Positions 16,377-18,334 of a stretch of DNA of 18,334 nt are shown piece after piece. The stretch is taken from positions 1 through 18,334 of the forward strand of contig JAXGJB010000046.1 in NCBI GenBank assembly GCA_040770465.1, read 5' to 3'. Under the pieces are notes generated by a model. It was not told the origin of the DNA, ran no database searches, and was given only the letters and a program-made list of their open reading frames with translations. The DNA is from Methanothrix sp. (GTDB lineage: Archaea; Halobacteriota; Methanosarcinia; Methanotrichales; Methanotrichaceae). Made by a program: the position numbers and the translations under genes. Every line of letters starts with the position of its first letter. The stretch's first letter is position 1.

Positions 16377-18275
16377 TCACCTCCCCCCCGGCACCAGGCA
16401 CTTCGGCCCGTCGCCGATCAGATCCTCTCGCCCGGCGATACGGAGCCCCTCCCGGACGAGCCCCCAGTTTCTCTTATCTCGGTACTGGAGAAGAGCCCGC
16501 TGGATCTCCTTCTCCCGCCCCTTCGGGACGTGGACCGGCTTTCCGGAGAAGGGGTCGAGGCCCGAGTGGTACATGCAGGTCGAGACGGTCATGGGGGTCG
16601 GGGTGAAGTCCTGGACCTGCTCGGAATAAAGGCGATGATCCCGGATGTACTCGGCGAGCTCCACCATGTCACGGATCTCGCAGCCGGGATGGCCGGAGAT
16701 GAAGTAGGGGACCAGGTACTGCTCTTTTCCCTCCTCGCGGCTCAGGGCCCTGAACCTCGCCCGAAACTCCTCCAGGGCGGCCCGGGGGGGCTTGTGCATC
16801 GTTTCGAGGACACGATCGGAGACGTGCTCGGGCGCCACCTTCAGGTGGCCGGAGACGTGGTGGCGGGCGAGGTCTTCGAGGTACTCCTGCCCCGCGCCGG
16901 TCTGATCCTTCAGGATCAGGTCGTGCCTGACCCCGGAGCTGACGAAGACCCGCTTGACGCCGGGAATTTCCCGGAGTCGGCGGAGGAGCTCCACCTGGCG
17001 GCGGTGGTCTGCTCTGAGGGTCGGGCAGTCCGGGCTGCAGAGCCGATCGGCGCAGGCGCCGCAGGCGGCGCCGCCCGCCCCTCCAGCGACCCCGCTAGCG
17101 CCGCCTCCGCCACCGGCCCTCCAGCGGCTGCAGGACATCCCGTACATGTTGGCCGTGGGGCCCCCCACGTCCTGGATGACGCCCTTGAAGCCCGGCAGCT
17201 CCGTCAACCTCTCCGCCTCCCTCACGATCGACTCGATGGACCTGCTCTGGATGATCCTCCCCTGATGGTGGGTGAGGGCACAAAACGAGCACGACCCGAA
17301 GCACCCCCGATGGGTGGTGATGGAGAAGCGGACCGGCTCCAGGGCCGGGATCTCCTCCCGGTAGGACGGGTGGGCGGCCCTGGTGAAGGGTAGCTCGTAG
17401 ATCCTGTCCAGCTCCTCGGTCGTCAGGGGGAGAGCGGGCGGGTTCTGAACGACGATGGTCTTGGGGTGGGGCTGGACGACGGTCCTACCCCGGAAGGGGT
17501 CCTGCTCGCCGTGGTGGAGCCGGAACGCCTCAGCGTACCTACTCTTGTCCCGCGCCACCTCGGCGAAGGAGGGGATCTCGACGAGCCCTTTTCCCTCCCC
17601 CGCCTCCTCCCGATCCGTCGCCCTCCACTCTCGGACCTCCATCTTGACCGCGGTCCCGGGAATGTTTCTGATCTCGCCGATGGCCTCGCCAGCGTCCAGA
17701 CGGCGGGCGACCTCCAGGATCGGCCTCTCCCCCATCCCGTAGACGATCATATCCGCCGGCGCGTCCGCCAGGATCGATCCCCGGACGGAGTCGGACCAGA
17801 AGTCGTAATGGGCGAACCTCCGGAGGCTCGCCTCGATCCCCCCGAGGATCACCGGGACGTCGGGGAAGAGGGCGTGAACCCGGTTGGCGTAGACCACCGC
17901 CGCCCGGTCGGGCCGGAGAAGCCGACCTCCGGGCGAGTAGACGTCCCGCCTCCGCCGCCTCAAGTTCGGCGAGTAGTTGTTCACCATCGAGTCGACGTTC
18001 CCTGAGGCGACCCCGAAGAAGAGCCGGGGCTCGCCGAGGGCGGTGATGTCGTCGTCCCGCCTCCAGTCTGGCTGGGGGATTATCCCGACGGAGCGGCCAG
18101 CATCCTGGAGGACCCGTCCGATGAGCCCGACCCCGAAGGAGGGGTGGTCAATGTACCCATCCCCCGAGACGAGGACGACGTCGAAGCGGTCGATCCCCTC
18201 CCGCCTCGCCTCCTCCATGGAGATGGGAAGGGGGGGCGACGGCTGGGGGGCGCTGATCCTCGCCATCCTCGTCAT
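16377..18275 (-). CDS. YgiQ / UPF0313 family radical SAM protein
   Basis: DVVLVSGDGYIDHPSFG, GGIEASLRRFAHYDFWSD, HRGCFGSCSFC (CxxxCxxC), DVGGPTANMY, LKVAPEH, YFISGHPG, QVQDFTPTPMT. Start taken as ATG 18275 (AGGAGA upstream); the track extends it to 18323. Confidence 0.93.
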   Translation of the reverse strand: MTRMARISAPQPSPPLPISMEEARREGIDRFDVVLVSGDGYIDHPSFGVGLIGRVLQDAGRSVGIIPQPDWRRDDDITALGEPRLFFGVASGNVDSMVNNYSPNLRRRRRDVYSPGGRLLRPDRAAVVYANRVHALFPDVPVILGGIEASLRRFAHYDFWSDSVRGSILADAPADMIVYGMGERPILEVARRLDAGEAIGEIRNIPGTAVKMEVREWRATDREEAGEGKGLVEIPSFAEVARDKSRYAEAFRLHHGEQDPFRGRTVVQPHPKTIVVQNPPALPLTTEELDRIYELPFTRAAHPSYREEIPALEPVRFSITTHRGCFGSCSFCALTHHQGRIIQSRSIESIVREAERLTELPGFKGVIQDVGGPTANMYGMSCSRWRAGGGGGASGVAGGAGGAACGACADRLCSPDCPTLRADHRRQVELLRRLREIPGVKRVFVSSGVRHDLILKDQTGAGQEYLEDLARHHVSGHLKVAPEHVSDRVLETMHKPPRAALEEFRARFRALSREEGKEQYLVPYFISGHPGCEIRDMVELAEYIRDHRLYSEQVQDFTPTPMTVSTCMYHSGLDPFSGKPVHVPKGREKEIQRALLQYRDKRNWGLVREGLRIAGREDLIGDGPKCLVPGGR

Positions 18276-18334
18276 ACCGGCCTTTCTCCTTCTGCTCTTC
18301 TTCATCAAAAGCCCCTTCATCACTGCCTATTTCT

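Noticed and set aside
15352-16693. Repeat pair as the TR/VR of a diversity-generating retroelement
   Set aside because: Mismatches are not adenine-specific (they include C/G and C/T changes), are nearly all synonymous, and no reverse transcriptase is in the window.
16530-18005. Plus-strand ORFs overlapping the radical SAM gene
   Set aside because: Antisense shadows of a conserved gene.

Overview
Archaeal window, most likely a high-GC Methanosarcinales/Methanotrichales methanogen (Methanothrix-like; inferred from gene content and archaeal TATA/BRE promoters). A GC-rich core (about 4.66-12.5 kb and 16.4-18.3 kb) carries tyrS, three tandem paralogous small membrane proteins, a glyA-folD-connectase-mobA operon, a PUA protein, an IscS-type cysteine desulfurase, tRNA-Pro(GGG) and a YgiQ-family radical SAM gene. 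Two AT-rich accessory blocks interrupt it. (1) 1-4.6 kb: a gene of at least 1491 aa, missing from the ORF track because it runs off the left edge, encoding a Cap4-like nuclease + STAND NTPase + helical repeats (Avs-like antiviral protein). (2) 12.5-16.4 kb, between tRNA-Pro and the radical SAM gene: a membrane-TPR protein, a HEPN-like protein, and a secreted acidic-repeat protein flanked by two divergent 305-bp copies of the radical SAM 3' end that differ almost only at synonymous sites.
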